Shown here one piece after another: positions 49,838 to 58,969 of a stretch of 64,000 nucleotides of DNA. This DNA comes from Chloroflexota bacterium. Its GTDB lineage: Bacteria > Chloroflexota > UBA11872 > VXOZ01. Each line of letters opens with the position of its first letter. Within the stretch, counting starts at the first letter, position 1. The notes beneath the pieces are model-generated. The model did not search any database, had not been told where the DNA came from, and saw nothing but the letters and a program-made list of their open reading frames with translations. A program made the translations under genes and the position numbers. The stretch spans positions 1,056,001 to 1,120,000 of the forward strand of contig OY760183.1 of NCBI GenBank assembly GCA_963663275.1, given 5' to 3'.

Positions 49838-50275
49838 TCAAATGTAGTAGACGACGCGCTCCTGCCGTTCCTTTTCGCGCGCCGCCAGGTCGGCGATCGT
49901 ATGGCGGCTCAGGACCGACTGCACCGCCGCTTGCACCTCGCTCCACACCTCCCGTTGCCCGCACCCCGGCACCAGCGCGCAGAACTCAGGGTTTTCCAGG
50001 CATTCCACCGGCGTGAACGGACCCTCCAGGGTGGAGACGATTAGTTCCATGGTAATCTGATCCGGCGGACGCGCCAGTTCGTGCCCGCCCTGCGGGCCGC
50101 GGGTGCTGCGCACGATGCCGGCCTTGCGCAGCGCGGTAAGGAGTTGGTCCAGGTAGGCTTCCGGTATGTGCTGCCGCCGGGCGATCGCCGCGCTCTGCAC
50201 CAGGCCCTGGCCGTGGCGGTGCGCCAGATCGACCGCGGCGCGCACCGCGTAGTCCGCTTTCATCGATATTCGCAT
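49838..50275 (-). CDS. Rrf2-family transcriptional regulator (IscR/CymR-like)
   Basis: YLDQLLTALRKAGIVRSTRGPQGG wHTH; C-x6-C-x5-C; C-terminal VYYI. Confidence 0.92.
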   Translation of the reverse strand: MRISMKADYAVRAAVDLAHRHGQGLVQSAAIARRQHIPEAYLDQLLTALRKAGIVRSTRGPQGGHELARPPDQITMELIVSTLEGPFTPVECLENPEFCALVPGCGQREVWSEVQAAVQSVLSRHTIADLAAREKERQERVVYYI

Positions 50276-50307
50276 GGCGTTGCTCTTCCGAGGGGCGCGT
50301 ACCCAAT

Positions 50308-50333
50308 TGTTAACCAAAGTTCTTTACTTAACA
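50308..50333. promoter_or_regulatory. Palindromic operator candidate upstream of the rrf2 gene
   Basis: TGTTAA-CC-AAAG-TT-CTTT-AC-TTAACA, AT-rich in a GC-rich context. Confidence 0.5.
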
Positions 50334-50364
50334 TGATACTGCCTCGCCGCCAGTTGCGCAAGAG

Positions 50365-50681
50365 GAGGCCTTTGCAAAGCCCCTTCCCCATCGAGGGCTG
50401 ACAAGGGTATGTAAACGTCATTCCGAGCGGAGCGAGGAATCTAGGGTGCTGGACTTGCGGGGCTATGCCTTAGATTCCTCTCTCCGTTACGCTCCGTTCG
50501 GAATGACACGTGAAGTCGGTTATAGGATGCATACCCTTGTCAGCCCATCGAGGGGAAAGGTTGGGATGGGGGTGAAAAGGCTTGAAATTAAGCCGTCTTT
50601 CGTTGCAAGTGCGGTCTGGACTCTGCGCCCGCGCACCGGAGGCGGGCTTTCGCCGGAGTGACAGAGTTGTGCAAAGGCCTC
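50365..50681. mobile_element. MITE family 1 with nested MITE family 2 (50395-50546)
   Basis: Outer gaggcctttgca...tgcaaaggcctc; inner perfect 17-bp TIR gggctgacaagggtatg/catacccttgtcagccc with 5-bp TSD atcga in a hairpin loop. Confidence 0.85.
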
Positions 50682-50804
50682 AATGAGGGAGAGCGCCGCG
50701 CGCCGCCGCTCGGAAAGCGCGGTGCCCTGCCGCGCAAGTGTTCATGCGGCGGCGCGGGCGCCGGGGCGCGTTGGAGTCCGTCCGCGCCGCCGGCCCGCGC
50801 TGCT

Positions 50805-52730
50805 CTATTCGGCTTTGGCGGCGGCCGCGGCTTGTTCGGCCGGCTGGCCGTCCGCGGCGGCCTGAGCGGCGCCGTCCTGGGAGGGTTCAGTTTCGGCCGG
50901 CGGCGTGTCCTGCGCCGGCGCGCCTTTCACCCGGTCGACTAGGCGGCGCAACTGTTGATCGTCGGGCGCGACCGCCATGCCCGCCTCGCCGGCCGCCAGG
51001 GCCTCGGCCTCGTTGCCGGTTTCCAGGTGCGTCCAGACCAGCATCCGGTGGAGAAAGGCCTGCGCCGGGGTATCGTCGGCCTGCTTTGCCAGTTCGAGCG
51101 CCTGCTTGAACTGCTCCAGCGCGTCCGCGAACTTGCCGCGCTCGTAGCAGATGCGGCCCAGCACGGCCACCGGCAGGTGATTTTCCGGGTTATCCAGCAC
51201 AAGCTGTTCCGCCACCATCGCCGCCCGCGTATGCTCGCCGGCTACGGCCAGTTGTTGGGCCAGGGCCAGCGCCACGTCCAGGTTGTCCGCATCCTGCCGC
51301 GCCGCCTGCTCCAGCGTCGCCAGCGCCTCCCGGTGTTCGCCTTGCAGCATGTGCTGGAAGGCCAGGGCCAAAGCGGCGGCAACGGAGCCCGGCGCGGGCG
51401 CGGCGGGCGCGGCGGGCGTGGAGTCCGCTTGCGCCGAATCCGCTGCCGGGCTTGGGGCGGCGGGAGCCGCCGCTTCCCTGGCGTCTGCGTCCACGTCCGC
51501 GTCCCGTCGCTGCTCCGGCTGCGAGCGCTTGCGTCCGCCGCTATCCCGTTGAGCGGATGACCCTCGCGATTCCGCGCGGGCCGAGTCCGGCGCCCCGCGC
51601 GACTGGCGGGCGGGGGGCGACTGCCGGGAGCGCGCGCCGCGCCCCCGCTGGCCTTGCGGCTGGCCGTTGCTGCTCTTGGCGGCGCGTTCCAACTCCTGTT
51701 TGCGCGTTTGCACGTCCTTGAACCGGCCGTCCAGGCCGCTGCAGCGGGTATAGGCTTCCAGCGCCTTTTCCGATTCGCCCAGTTTCTCGTAGACCTGACC
51801 CAGGTCGTAGAACGCCTCCGGCTCGTCGTCCTCTTGGCGCACCACGTCTTCCAGTTCACGCGCCGCGTCGCCGAAGCGTCCCAACGCGGCCAGGGTGAGC
51901 GCCAGCCGGTGCCGGTAGCGTGCCTGGCGCGGCATCAAGCGCGCGGCCTGGGAGAAGTGGTTGAGCGCCTGCGATAGCTCGTTGCGCTCGTAGGCGCTGC
52001 GGCCCAGGCTGTACAGGCGGGCGGCGAGCATGTTCCGGTCCACGTGAGTATCCAGCGATTCACCCAGCGACCGTGACGGGGCCAGGGGCGCTTCCGGCGG
52101 CGCGCCCAGCGTCTGGTCCGACTTATCCTTCTCGTGCTCGATCACGTGGGAGAGCAGCAGCCCCAGATCGATGTAGCCGTCGGCCACCAACTTCAAGCCG
52201 GGATCGCTGCCCACGCCAAAGTTGCCCACCATCACCTGCACGCCCCGGTCCCGCAGGCGCGAGAATACCGGGATGAAGTCGCCGTCTCCGGTCAGCGCAA
52301 AGGCTTTATCGTAGAACCCCACGAAGTCGAGCATGTCCAGCGACATCTCGATGTCCAGGTTGCCCTTGTAGCCGCCGCCGGGGAGTTCTTTCGAGCGCTT
52401 GTGCACGACGCGAAAGCCGTGGGTCACCAGATAGTCGAGTTGCTGGCGAAAGCCCTCCACGCGCAGGTCCGTGCCGGTATAGTAATAAGCTCCCAGGAGC
52501 GTATCGTCTCCTCGGAGCTGGTCGCGCACCAGGTGCCACGGCACGCGCATGATGCCGATATCCCGGGCCTGGCGTTCGATGTTGGCCGCGTCGATGAAAA
52601 TCATCAGTCGATGCGGCTTGGTTTGCAGCGGCGTGCCGATTGCGGATCTTTGCGATTCGAGCGGGTGCCCGCAGGCAACACAGATGAGGCTATTCCCCTT
52701 ATTCAAACTTCCACACGTTGGACAATTCAT
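50805..52730 (-). CDS. Zinc ribbon + NYN (LabA/DUF88) nuclease + TPR-repeat protein
   Basis: CPTCG..CVACG; IFIDAANI, KGNLDIEM, LTGDGDF; two TPR blocks separated by a low-complexity linker. Confidence 0.85.
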   Translation of the reverse strand: MNCPTCGSLNKGNSLICVACGHPLESQRSAIGTPLQTKPHRLMIFIDAANIERQARDIGIMRVPWHLVRDQLRGDDTLLGAYYYTGTDLRVEGFRQQLDYLVTHGFRVVHKRSKELPGGGYKGNLDIEMSLDMLDFVGFYDKAFALTGDGDFIPVFSRLRDRGVQVMVGNFGVGSDPGLKLVADGYIDLGLLLSHVIEHEKDKSDQTLGAPPEAPLAPSRSLGESLDTHVDRNMLAARLYSLGRSAYERNELSQALNHFSQAARLMPRQARYRHRLALTLAALGRFGDAARELEDVVRQEDDEPEAFYDLGQVYEKLGESEKALEAYTRCSGLDGRFKDVQTRKQELERAAKSSNGQPQGQRGRGARSRQSPPARQSRGAPDSARAESRGSSAQRDSGGRKRSQPEQRRDADVDADAREAAAPAAPSPAADSAQADSTPAAPAAPAPGSVAAALALAFQHMLQGEHREALATLEQAARQDADNLDVALALAQQLAVAGEHTRAAMVAEQLVLDNPENHLPVAVLGRICYERGKFADALEQFKQALELAKQADDTPAQAFLHRMLVWTHLETGNEAEALAAGEAGMAVAPDDQQLRRLVDRVKGAPAQDTPPAETEPSQDGAAQAAADGQPAEQAAAAAKAE

Positions 52731-52945
52731 TACAATACGTCGATCCTCACTCTTTCCAATTTGCTTCGCACTACCAAGGCCGCGTGTCCCGCGCGCCCTT
52801 TGCTGGTATGATACCACAGCCTACGCAATGCAATCGTCTGGCGGGGGACGGGCGCCTGCGCGACCTGGCTGGGCGCGGGGCCGTTTTCTCCCATTGCGGG
52901 CCGCGCGCCGGGGCCGGCGCGCCACGCAGCCGCCAAGGAGCATCT

Positions 52946-53815
52946 ATGACCGCGGCGCAGAACACGCGCAAGGTTGGCGTCACCGGCTATCCCCTGACGC
53001 ACACCATTTCGCCCGCATTCCAGCAACCGGCGTTCGACCGCTACGGCATTCCCGCGTCCTACCGGCCGTATCCGGTGACGGCGGCGGCGTTGCCGGCCTT
53101 CATCGCCTCGCTGCGGGAACCGGCGTGGCTCGGCCTGAACGTGACCATTCCCCACAAAGAGGCGGTTGCCGCCCTGGTTGACCGCTGCACCGCCACGGCG
53201 CAGACCATCGGCGCGGTGAACACGCTCTTCAAAGAGGATGGGAAACTCGTTGGCGACAATACCGACGCCCGCGGCTTCCTGACCGCGCTGCGTGAAGACG
53301 GCGCGACCGATCCCGCCGGTACCCGCGTGCTCGTGTTGGGCGCGGGCGGCGCGGGACGCGCCGTGCTGGCGGCCCTGGCCCAGGCCGGCGCGGAGCGGGT
53401 TACACTCGCGAACCGCCACCGGGAGCGCGCCGAAAACCTGCTGGCGGCGCTGGCGGATGCGTTGCGCGCGCGGGATACGTCCGTGGTGGACTGGGATAGC
53501 GCGGCTCTGCGCCAGGCGGCCGCCAACGCCGACATCATCGTGAACTCCACCGCCGTGGGCATGGCAAGCGGGCCGGCGCCGCAGCTTTCACCCCTGCCGC
53601 CGGACGTGTTCCACGGCGGCCAGGTGGTTTTCGATCTGGTCTACACGCCGCGACTCACGCCGCTGCTCCGCCGCGCGCGGGCCGGCGGGGCGCGCGCGCT
53701 GGACGGCCTGCCCATGCTGGTCTATCAAGGCGCCGCCGCTTTCGAACGCTGGACAGGAAAGCCCGCGCCCCTTAAACTGATGAAGGCCAAGGCACTGGCC
53801 GCACTTGGCGCATGA
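52946..53815 (+). CDS. aroE: Shikimate dehydrogenase
   Basis: GYPLTHTISP, GLNVTIPHKE, IGAVNT, GDNTD, LGAGGAGRA, DGLPMLVYQG. Confidence 0.95.
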   Translation: MTAAQNTRKVGVTGYPLTHTISPAFQQPAFDRYGIPASYRPYPVTAAALPAFIASLREPAWLGLNVTIPHKEAVAALVDRCTATAQTIGAVNTLFKEDGKLVGDNTDARGFLTALREDGATDPAGTRVLVLGAGGAGRAVLAALAQAGAERVTLANRHRERAENLLAALADALRARDTSVVDWDSAALRQAAANADIIVNSTAVGMASGPAPQLSPLPPDVFHGGQVVFDLVYTPRLTPLLRRARAGGARALDGLPMLVYQGAAAFERWTGKPAPLKLMKAKALAALGA

Positions 53816-53828
53816 ATCCCAGCCAATG

Positions 53829-54131
53829 GCCCCCTCTCCCTCAGGGAGAGGGCCGGGGTGAGGGATGAACCGTTGCCAATTGCTCCCTCTCCCCGTTTTG
53901 GCAGGGGTATGGAAATGTCATTCCGAGCGGAGCGAAGCGGAGAGAGGAATCTAAGGAATGGCCCGGCAATTTCAGCATTCTAGATTCCTCGCTCCGCTCG
54001 GAATGACACGTGGAGTAGGCTATAGAGTGCATACCCCTGTCAACACTTCTCGTAGCAGAGGGCCGGGGTGAGAGGATGAATCCCCGTCAATTACCCCCTC
54101 TCCCCGTGGGAGAGGGCCGGGGTGAGGGGGA
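53829..54131. repeat. Three CCCTCTCCC-family palindromes, the middle one split by a MITE family 2 copy (53895-54046)
   Basis: gttttggcaggggtatg ... catacccctgtcaacac between ccctctcccc and agagggccggggtgag. Confidence 0.78.
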
Positions 54132-54266
54132 CACGCGGCCGCCGGTGGCTGTTGACGATCATTACACCCGCCTTGCCGCGCCCGCTCTCTGACCGAAGAG
54201 CAAGCCCGCGACCATCGTGTCCGCCGGCCGGCGGCAATTCACCAGACTTAGAGGCAAGAAACCACC

Positions 54267-55442
54267 GTGTTACGTGTACTGAAGATTCTCACCGCCGGTG
54301 AGTCGCACGGGCAGGCGCTCGTGACCATCGTGGAGGGTATGCCGTCCGGCTTGCCGATCTCCGCGGACGAAATCGGCCGCCACATGACCCGCCGCCAGCA
54401 GGGCCACGGGCGCGGCCGCCGCCAGCAGATCGAGAAAGACGCCGCCCAGATTCTCTCCGGCGTGCGCCACGGCCGCAGCATCGGCAGTCCCATCGCCATG
54501 CTGGTCGGCAACAAGGACTGGGAAAACTGGCAGGAGATCATGGCGGTGGAGCCGGTGGAGAAGCCGGTAAAGAAGGTGACGCACCTGCGCCCCGGCCACG
54601 CCGACCTGGTGGGTGTCCTAAAGTACGGCGTGGACGACATTCGCCCCATTCTGGAACGCTCCAGCGCCCGGGAGACGGCGGCGCGCCTGGCGGCCTCGGG
54701 CGTCTGCCGCGCCTTGCTCAGCCACTTTGGCATCCGCATCGCCAGCTACGTTTCCGTGCTCGGGCCGATCGAGATCGACGGCGCGTACGAGGTCACCCAG
54801 CATCCCGAAGCCGTCGATTGGGATGCGCTGGAGGAAGACCCGCTCCGCTGCCCCGACCCGGAGGCAAGCAAGCGGATGGTGGCGCTGATCGACGAGATGA
54901 AGGCGGCCGGCGATAGCCTGGGCGGGGTCTACGACGTGGTGGCGTGGGGTCTGCCCATCGGCCTGGGCAGCCACGTCTTCTGGGACCGGCGCTTGGATTC
55001 ACGCCTGGCGGCGGCGATACTCTCTATCAACGCCACCAAAGGGGTAGAATTCGGCCCGGCGTTCCAGAACGCGCGTTTGCAGGGCTCACAGGTGCAGGAC
55101 CAGATTCGCTTCGAGCAAGGCCGGGGCTTCTCACGCCTGAGCAACCGCGCCGGCGGGCTGGAGGCGGGCATCAGCAACGGCGAACCGCTGCTGGTGCGCG
55201 GCGCGCTCAAGCCGATTTCCACCATCCGCAGCCCGTTGCCCTCCGTAGACCTGGCCACCCTGGAACCGGCCCAAGCCCACTACGAGCGCGCCGACACCAC
55301 CGCCGTGCCGGCCGCGGGCGTGATTGGCGAGGCCATGGTGGCGATGGTGCTGGCCGACGCGTTTCTGGAGAAATTCGGCGGCGACAGCCTGGCCGAGGTG
55401 GAACGCAACTACCGGGGCTACATGGAAGGGCTGCCACAATAG
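54267..55442 (+). CDS. aroC: Chorismate synthase
   Basis: TAGESHG, RPGHADL, LERSSARETA, NRAGGLEAGISNG, KPIST. Confidence 0.97.
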   Translation: MLRVLKILTAGESHGQALVTIVEGMPSGLPISADEIGRHMTRRQQGHGRGRRQQIEKDAAQILSGVRHGRSIGSPIAMLVGNKDWENWQEIMAVEPVEKPVKKVTHLRPGHADLVGVLKYGVDDIRPILERSSARETAARLAASGVCRALLSHFGIRIASYVSVLGPIEIDGAYEVTQHPEAVDWDALEEDPLRCPDPEASKRMVALIDEMKAAGDSLGGVYDVVAWGLPIGLGSHVFWDRRLDSRLAAAILSINATKGVEFGPAFQNARLQGSQVQDQIRFEQGRGFSRLSNRAGGLEAGISNGEPLLVRGALKPISTIRSPLPSVDLATLEPAQAHYERADTTAVPAAGVIGEAMVAMVLADAFLEKFGGDSLAEVERNYRGYMEGLPQ

Positions 55443-55960
55443 AGAGTGTAGTACTCATCGGCCTTTCGGGCACGGGCAAGTCCTCCGTCGGCAGGCTGTT
55501 GGCGCGCCGGCTGCGCTGGCGCTTCAGCGACAGCGACAGCGAAATCGAACGGCGGGAAGAGCGGCGCATTACGCGCATCTTCCAGGCGGAAGGCGAAGCG
55601 TACTTCCGCGACCTGGAGCGGCGCGTGGTGCGCGAACTCTGCGCCCAACGGCATCACGTGGTCAGCACCGGCGGCGGGGCCGCGCTGGATCCGGAAAACC
55701 GCGCCGCGATGCGGGACGGCAACCTGGTGATCTGGCTGCGCGCCGACCCGGAAACTATCTTCAATCGCCTCAAGTGGAGCGTGCACACCCGCCCGCTGCT
55801 GAAAGACCCCGACCCCTTGGCAAAGATCCGCGCCATGGCGGCGGAACGGCACGACCGCTACGACCAGGCCTGCCACGCGGCGGTGGCGACGGACGGCAAG
55901 AGTCACGAGGCGGCGGCGGAACTTCTCTGGGAACAGGTGCAAGCGTGGAAGAAACGCTGA
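55439..55960 (+). CDS. aroK: Shikimate kinase (probable non-canonical ATA start)
   Basis: LIGLSGTGKSSVG Walker A, GEAYFRDLE, VSTGGG, RPLL; ATA at 55439 overlaps the aroC stop. Confidence 0.88.
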   Translation: MESVVLIGLSGTGKSSVGRLLARRLRWRFSDSDSEIERREERRITRIFQAEGEAYFRDLERRVVRELCAQRHHVVSTGGGAALDPENRAAMRDGNLVIWLRADPETIFNRLKWSVHTRPLLKDPDPLAKIRAMAAERHDRYDQACHAAVATDGKSHEAAAELLWEQVQAWKKR

Positions 55961-56994
55961 TCGGCCGCGACGTCCTGCCCGACGTGTCCGGCGCTTTGGC
56001 GCGCCACGGCATCGACGGACGGCTCTTCATCATCGCCGACGCGCGTGTGGCGGAGCGCACGGAGAATGCGCTGGCGCGGACACTGGCGGCAAACGGCCAC
56101 GACGTAGCCACGTACCTGGTGCCCTCCGGCGAGGAGAGCAAGAACCTGCGCCAGGCCGAGCGCATCTACCACTGGCTGGCGGAACAGCGGGCCGAACGTA
56201 AGGAGGCGATCCTGGCGTTTGGCGGCGGCGTGGTGGGCGATCTGGCCGGATTCGTGGCCGCCACCTACCTGCGCGGCATGACCTTAGTGCAAGTTCCCAC
56301 TACGCTGGTGGCGCAGATCGACAGCAGCATCGGCGGCAAGGTGGCGGTGGACCTGCCGGAAGGCAAGAACCTGGTCGGCGCATTCTACCCGTCGCTGCTG
56401 ACGTGCATCGACACCCGCTTCCTGGAAACGCTCGCCCCGCGCGACCTGCTGGCCGGTTGGGCGGAGGTCATCAAGACGGCGCTGCTCTTCGACGCGCCGC
56501 TCTTCGGCGAAATCGCGGCCAGAGGCCCGGCCGACCTGACGCCGGAGTTCCTGCTGGAGGTGGTGCCCCGCTGCGTGCGCTGGAAGCAGAAGGTGGTGGC
56601 GGAAGACCCCAAAGAGCAGGGCATCCGCGCGCTGCTCAACTACGGCCATACCATCGGCCACGCCCTGGAAGCGGCCACCGGCTACCGCACCTACCTCCAC
56701 GGCGAGGCGGTTGCCGTCGGCATGAACGGCGCGGCCACTATCGCCCGCCGCTTGGGTCTGCTGGAAGAGGCGGCCTTCGCGGAACAGCAGCGCGTTATCG
56801 CCCAATATTCGCTGCCGCTCCAATACACCGGGGCGGATCCCGCCGCCGTGCACGACGCGATCGCGCTGGACAAGAAGAACCGCCAGGGCCGCGTGCGCTG
56901 GATTCTGCTGGAAGCAACCGGCGCGCCGCTCATGGAAAGCGCCGTGCCGCGGGCGCTCGTGCGCGAGGTGCTGGAAGACCTGCGGGCAAGCTGA
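55945..56994 (+). CDS. aroB: 3-dehydroquinate synthase
   Basis: GEESK, GGGVVGDLAGF, VPTTLVAQIDSSIGGK, LNYGHTIGHALE, HGEAVAVG. Confidence 0.96.
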   Translation: MEETLIGRDVLPDVSGALARHGIDGRLFIIADARVAERTENALARTLAANGHDVATYLVPSGEESKNLRQAERIYHWLAEQRAERKEAILAFGGGVVGDLAGFVAATYLRGMTLVQVPTTLVAQIDSSIGGKVAVDLPEGKNLVGAFYPSLLTCIDTRFLETLAPRDLLAGWAEVIKTALLFDAPLFGEIAARGPADLTPEFLLEVVPRCVRWKQKVVAEDPKEQGIRALLNYGHTIGHALEAATGYRTYLHGEAVAVGMNGAATIARRLGLLEEAAFAEQQRVIAQYSLPLQYTGADPAAVHDAIALDKKNRQGRVRWILLEATGAPLMESAVPRALVREVLEDLRAS

Positions 56995-57042
56995 GCAACC
57001 ACGTTGTTCGCCACAAATGACACGCGGCTCTCTCTTGCCAAC

Positions 57043-57237
57043 CCGTAAGGGCAAGTGTACCCGTAGGGGCAGGCCTCGTGCCTGCCCGTGTCAAGAGGCG
57101 GGGGACAAGCCCCCGTGCTACGGCTTACCGGAAAGGGCAGGTTTACCCGTAGGGGCACGACATGTCGTGCCCCTACTTGTTGACAAGCCCCCGCGCTACG
57201 ACGATGCGACCGGGCGGGGGACAAGCCCCCGCGCTAC
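57043..57237. repeat. Cluster of GTAG-family REPs
   Basis: gtaggggcaggcctcgtgcctgccc, gtaggggcacgacatgtcgtgcccctac and three inverted REP-A copies. Confidence 0.82.
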
Positions 57238-57353
57238 CAGGAGAAGACAAACAGGGCGGCGTGGAGAGCCGGTCGGAGTGCCGCCACCGGGGTTAGCTGG
57301 TAGAATAGAGACCGTAATTCCCCTTTCGGATTCTTTGCACACCGAGGAAAGCA

Positions 57354-57689
57354 ATGGCACAGTTCATCTTCTTCTATCGCGCTACGCCGGCGGCCATGCA
57401 GCGCATGGGCAGCGCCTCGCCGGAGCAGCAGCAGGCGCACATGGCCAAGTGGCAGGCGTGGACGCGGCAGAACGCGGAGGCGCTGGTGAACGCCGGCACG
57501 CCCGTGAGCGGCGGGCAGGTCCTGACCGCCGAAGGCGCCGGCGGCGTAGACGGCACGATGATGGGCTACGCCATCGTGGAAGCCGAAAACATGGACGCGG
57601 CCCAGGCGATACTGAAGACCGACCCGTTCCTCAGCCAGGGCGAGGGCTGTTCCATCGAGGTCTACGAGTGCATGTCCATGCCGTCGTAG
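57354..57689 (+). CDS. YciI-like (DGPF-related) protein
   Basis: 111 aa; MAKWQAW, LVNAGTP, GYAIVEAENMDAA, PFL..SIEVYE. Confidence 0.75.
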   Translation: MAQFIFFYRATPAAMQRMGSASPEQQQAHMAKWQAWTRQNAEALVNAGTPVSGGQVLTAEGAGGVDGTMMGYAIVEAENMDAAQAILKTDPFLSQGEGCSIEVYECMSMPS

Positions 57690-57741
57690 GCGTCGCGCGG
57701 GCTCCGGCGCATTGCCGGCCGCAGCAGACGTGAGGAAGATT

Positions 57742-58722
57742 ATGGAATACCGGCAGCTTGGCGCAACCGGCGTGCGCGTCTCCACCATTGCCTACGGCAC
57801 CTTCCCGCTGGGCACGTACAGCGATACCCAGGCGGGCGCGCGCATGATCCACGCCGCCATGGAGCGCGGCGTAAACTTCATCGATACGGCCAACGTCTAC
57901 TTCAAGGGCCGCTCGGAGGAGATCGTGGGCGCGGCGCTGCAGGGGCGGCGGCACGAGGTCGTGCTCGCCAGCAAGTTCGGCCATCCGATGGGCGCGGGCC
58001 CCAACGAAAGAGGCTCCTCGCGCTACCATATCTACCGGGAGGTCGAAGGGTCGTTGCGGCGTCTGGGCACCGACTATCTCGACGTCTATTACATCCACAT
58101 TCCGGACCCCACCACGCCTTTGGAAGAAACGATCCGCGCGCTGGACGACCTGGTACGGCAAGGCAAAGTGCGCTACACTGGCACGTCCCACTTCGGCGGT
58201 TGGCAGATCGCGCGCGGGCTGTGGCTGGCGGAGCGCCACCGGCTGACGCCCTGGGTGGTGGAGCAGCCGCGCTACTGCCTGATCGACCGGGCCATCGAGC
58301 AGGAGGTGGTTCCCATGGCGCAGGCGCTGGGTATCGGCATCGTGGCGCACAGCCCGCTGGGCGGCGGCTTCCTTACCGGCAAGTACAAACCGGGCGAACC
58401 GCCCCCGCCGGATTCCCGCTTTGCCGCGCGCCCGGACGGCATTTCGTCGCTGCCCCGGCACTACGACCTGATGCTGACGGAACCCAACCTGGCCGTGGTC
58501 GAAACGCTGCGGTCGCTCGCGCAGGCGTACCAAACCACGCCCAGCGCCATTGCCCTGGCGTGGGTGCTGGCCCAGCCGTTCGTTTCCTCGGCCATCATCG
58601 GCCCCAAGAATCCTTTCCAACTCCAGGACAATCTGGCAGCCGCGCAGGTGGCGCTCAGCCCGGCGGACGTGGCGCTCCTGGACGACGTTTCGGATTTTGC
58701 CCGGGGTCTGGTGCGCACCTAG
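57742..58722 (+). CDS. Aldo/keto reductase
   Basis: YRQLGATGVRVS, FIDTANVY, SLRRLGTDYLD, GKVRY, SPLGGGFLTGKY. Confidence 0.93.
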   Translation: MEYRQLGATGVRVSTIAYGTFPLGTYSDTQAGARMIHAAMERGVNFIDTANVYFKGRSEEIVGAALQGRRHEVVLASKFGHPMGAGPNERGSSRYHIYREVEGSLRRLGTDYLDVYYIHIPDPTTPLEETIRALDDLVRQGKVRYTGTSHFGGWQIARGLWLAERHRLTPWVVEQPRYCLIDRAIEQEVVPMAQALGIGIVAHSPLGGGFLTGKYKPGEPPPPDSRFAARPDGISSLPRHYDLMLTEPNLAVVETLRSLAQAYQTTPSAIALAWVLAQPFVSSAIIGPKNPFQLQDNLAAAQVALSPADVALLDDVSDFARGLVRT

Positions 58723-58792
58723 CGCGCCTGTGCGTGAGACGGCCGCCAGGAACAATGCCGGTGACGTTCGTTGAATTTCGTTCTCGCCAAGA

Positions 58793-58960
58793 GGCGGGGC
58801 ACAAGCCCCCGCGCTACGGCTTGAACTGGATTACCACAAGGGCGGGGAAGGCTACCGGTCCCCGTAGGGGCGGTTCGCGAACCGCCCCTACCGCGTGGTG
58901 CGATGCGGGGGGCAAGTTCTCGCGCTGCGGTGCGATGCGGGGGACAAGCCCCCGCGCTAC
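58793..58960. repeat. REP-A / REP-C / REP-A cluster between convergent genes
   Basis: acaagcccccgcgctac twice flanking gtaggggcggttcgcgaaccgcccctac. Confidence 0.85.
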
Positions 58961-58969
58961 GGTGATGGG

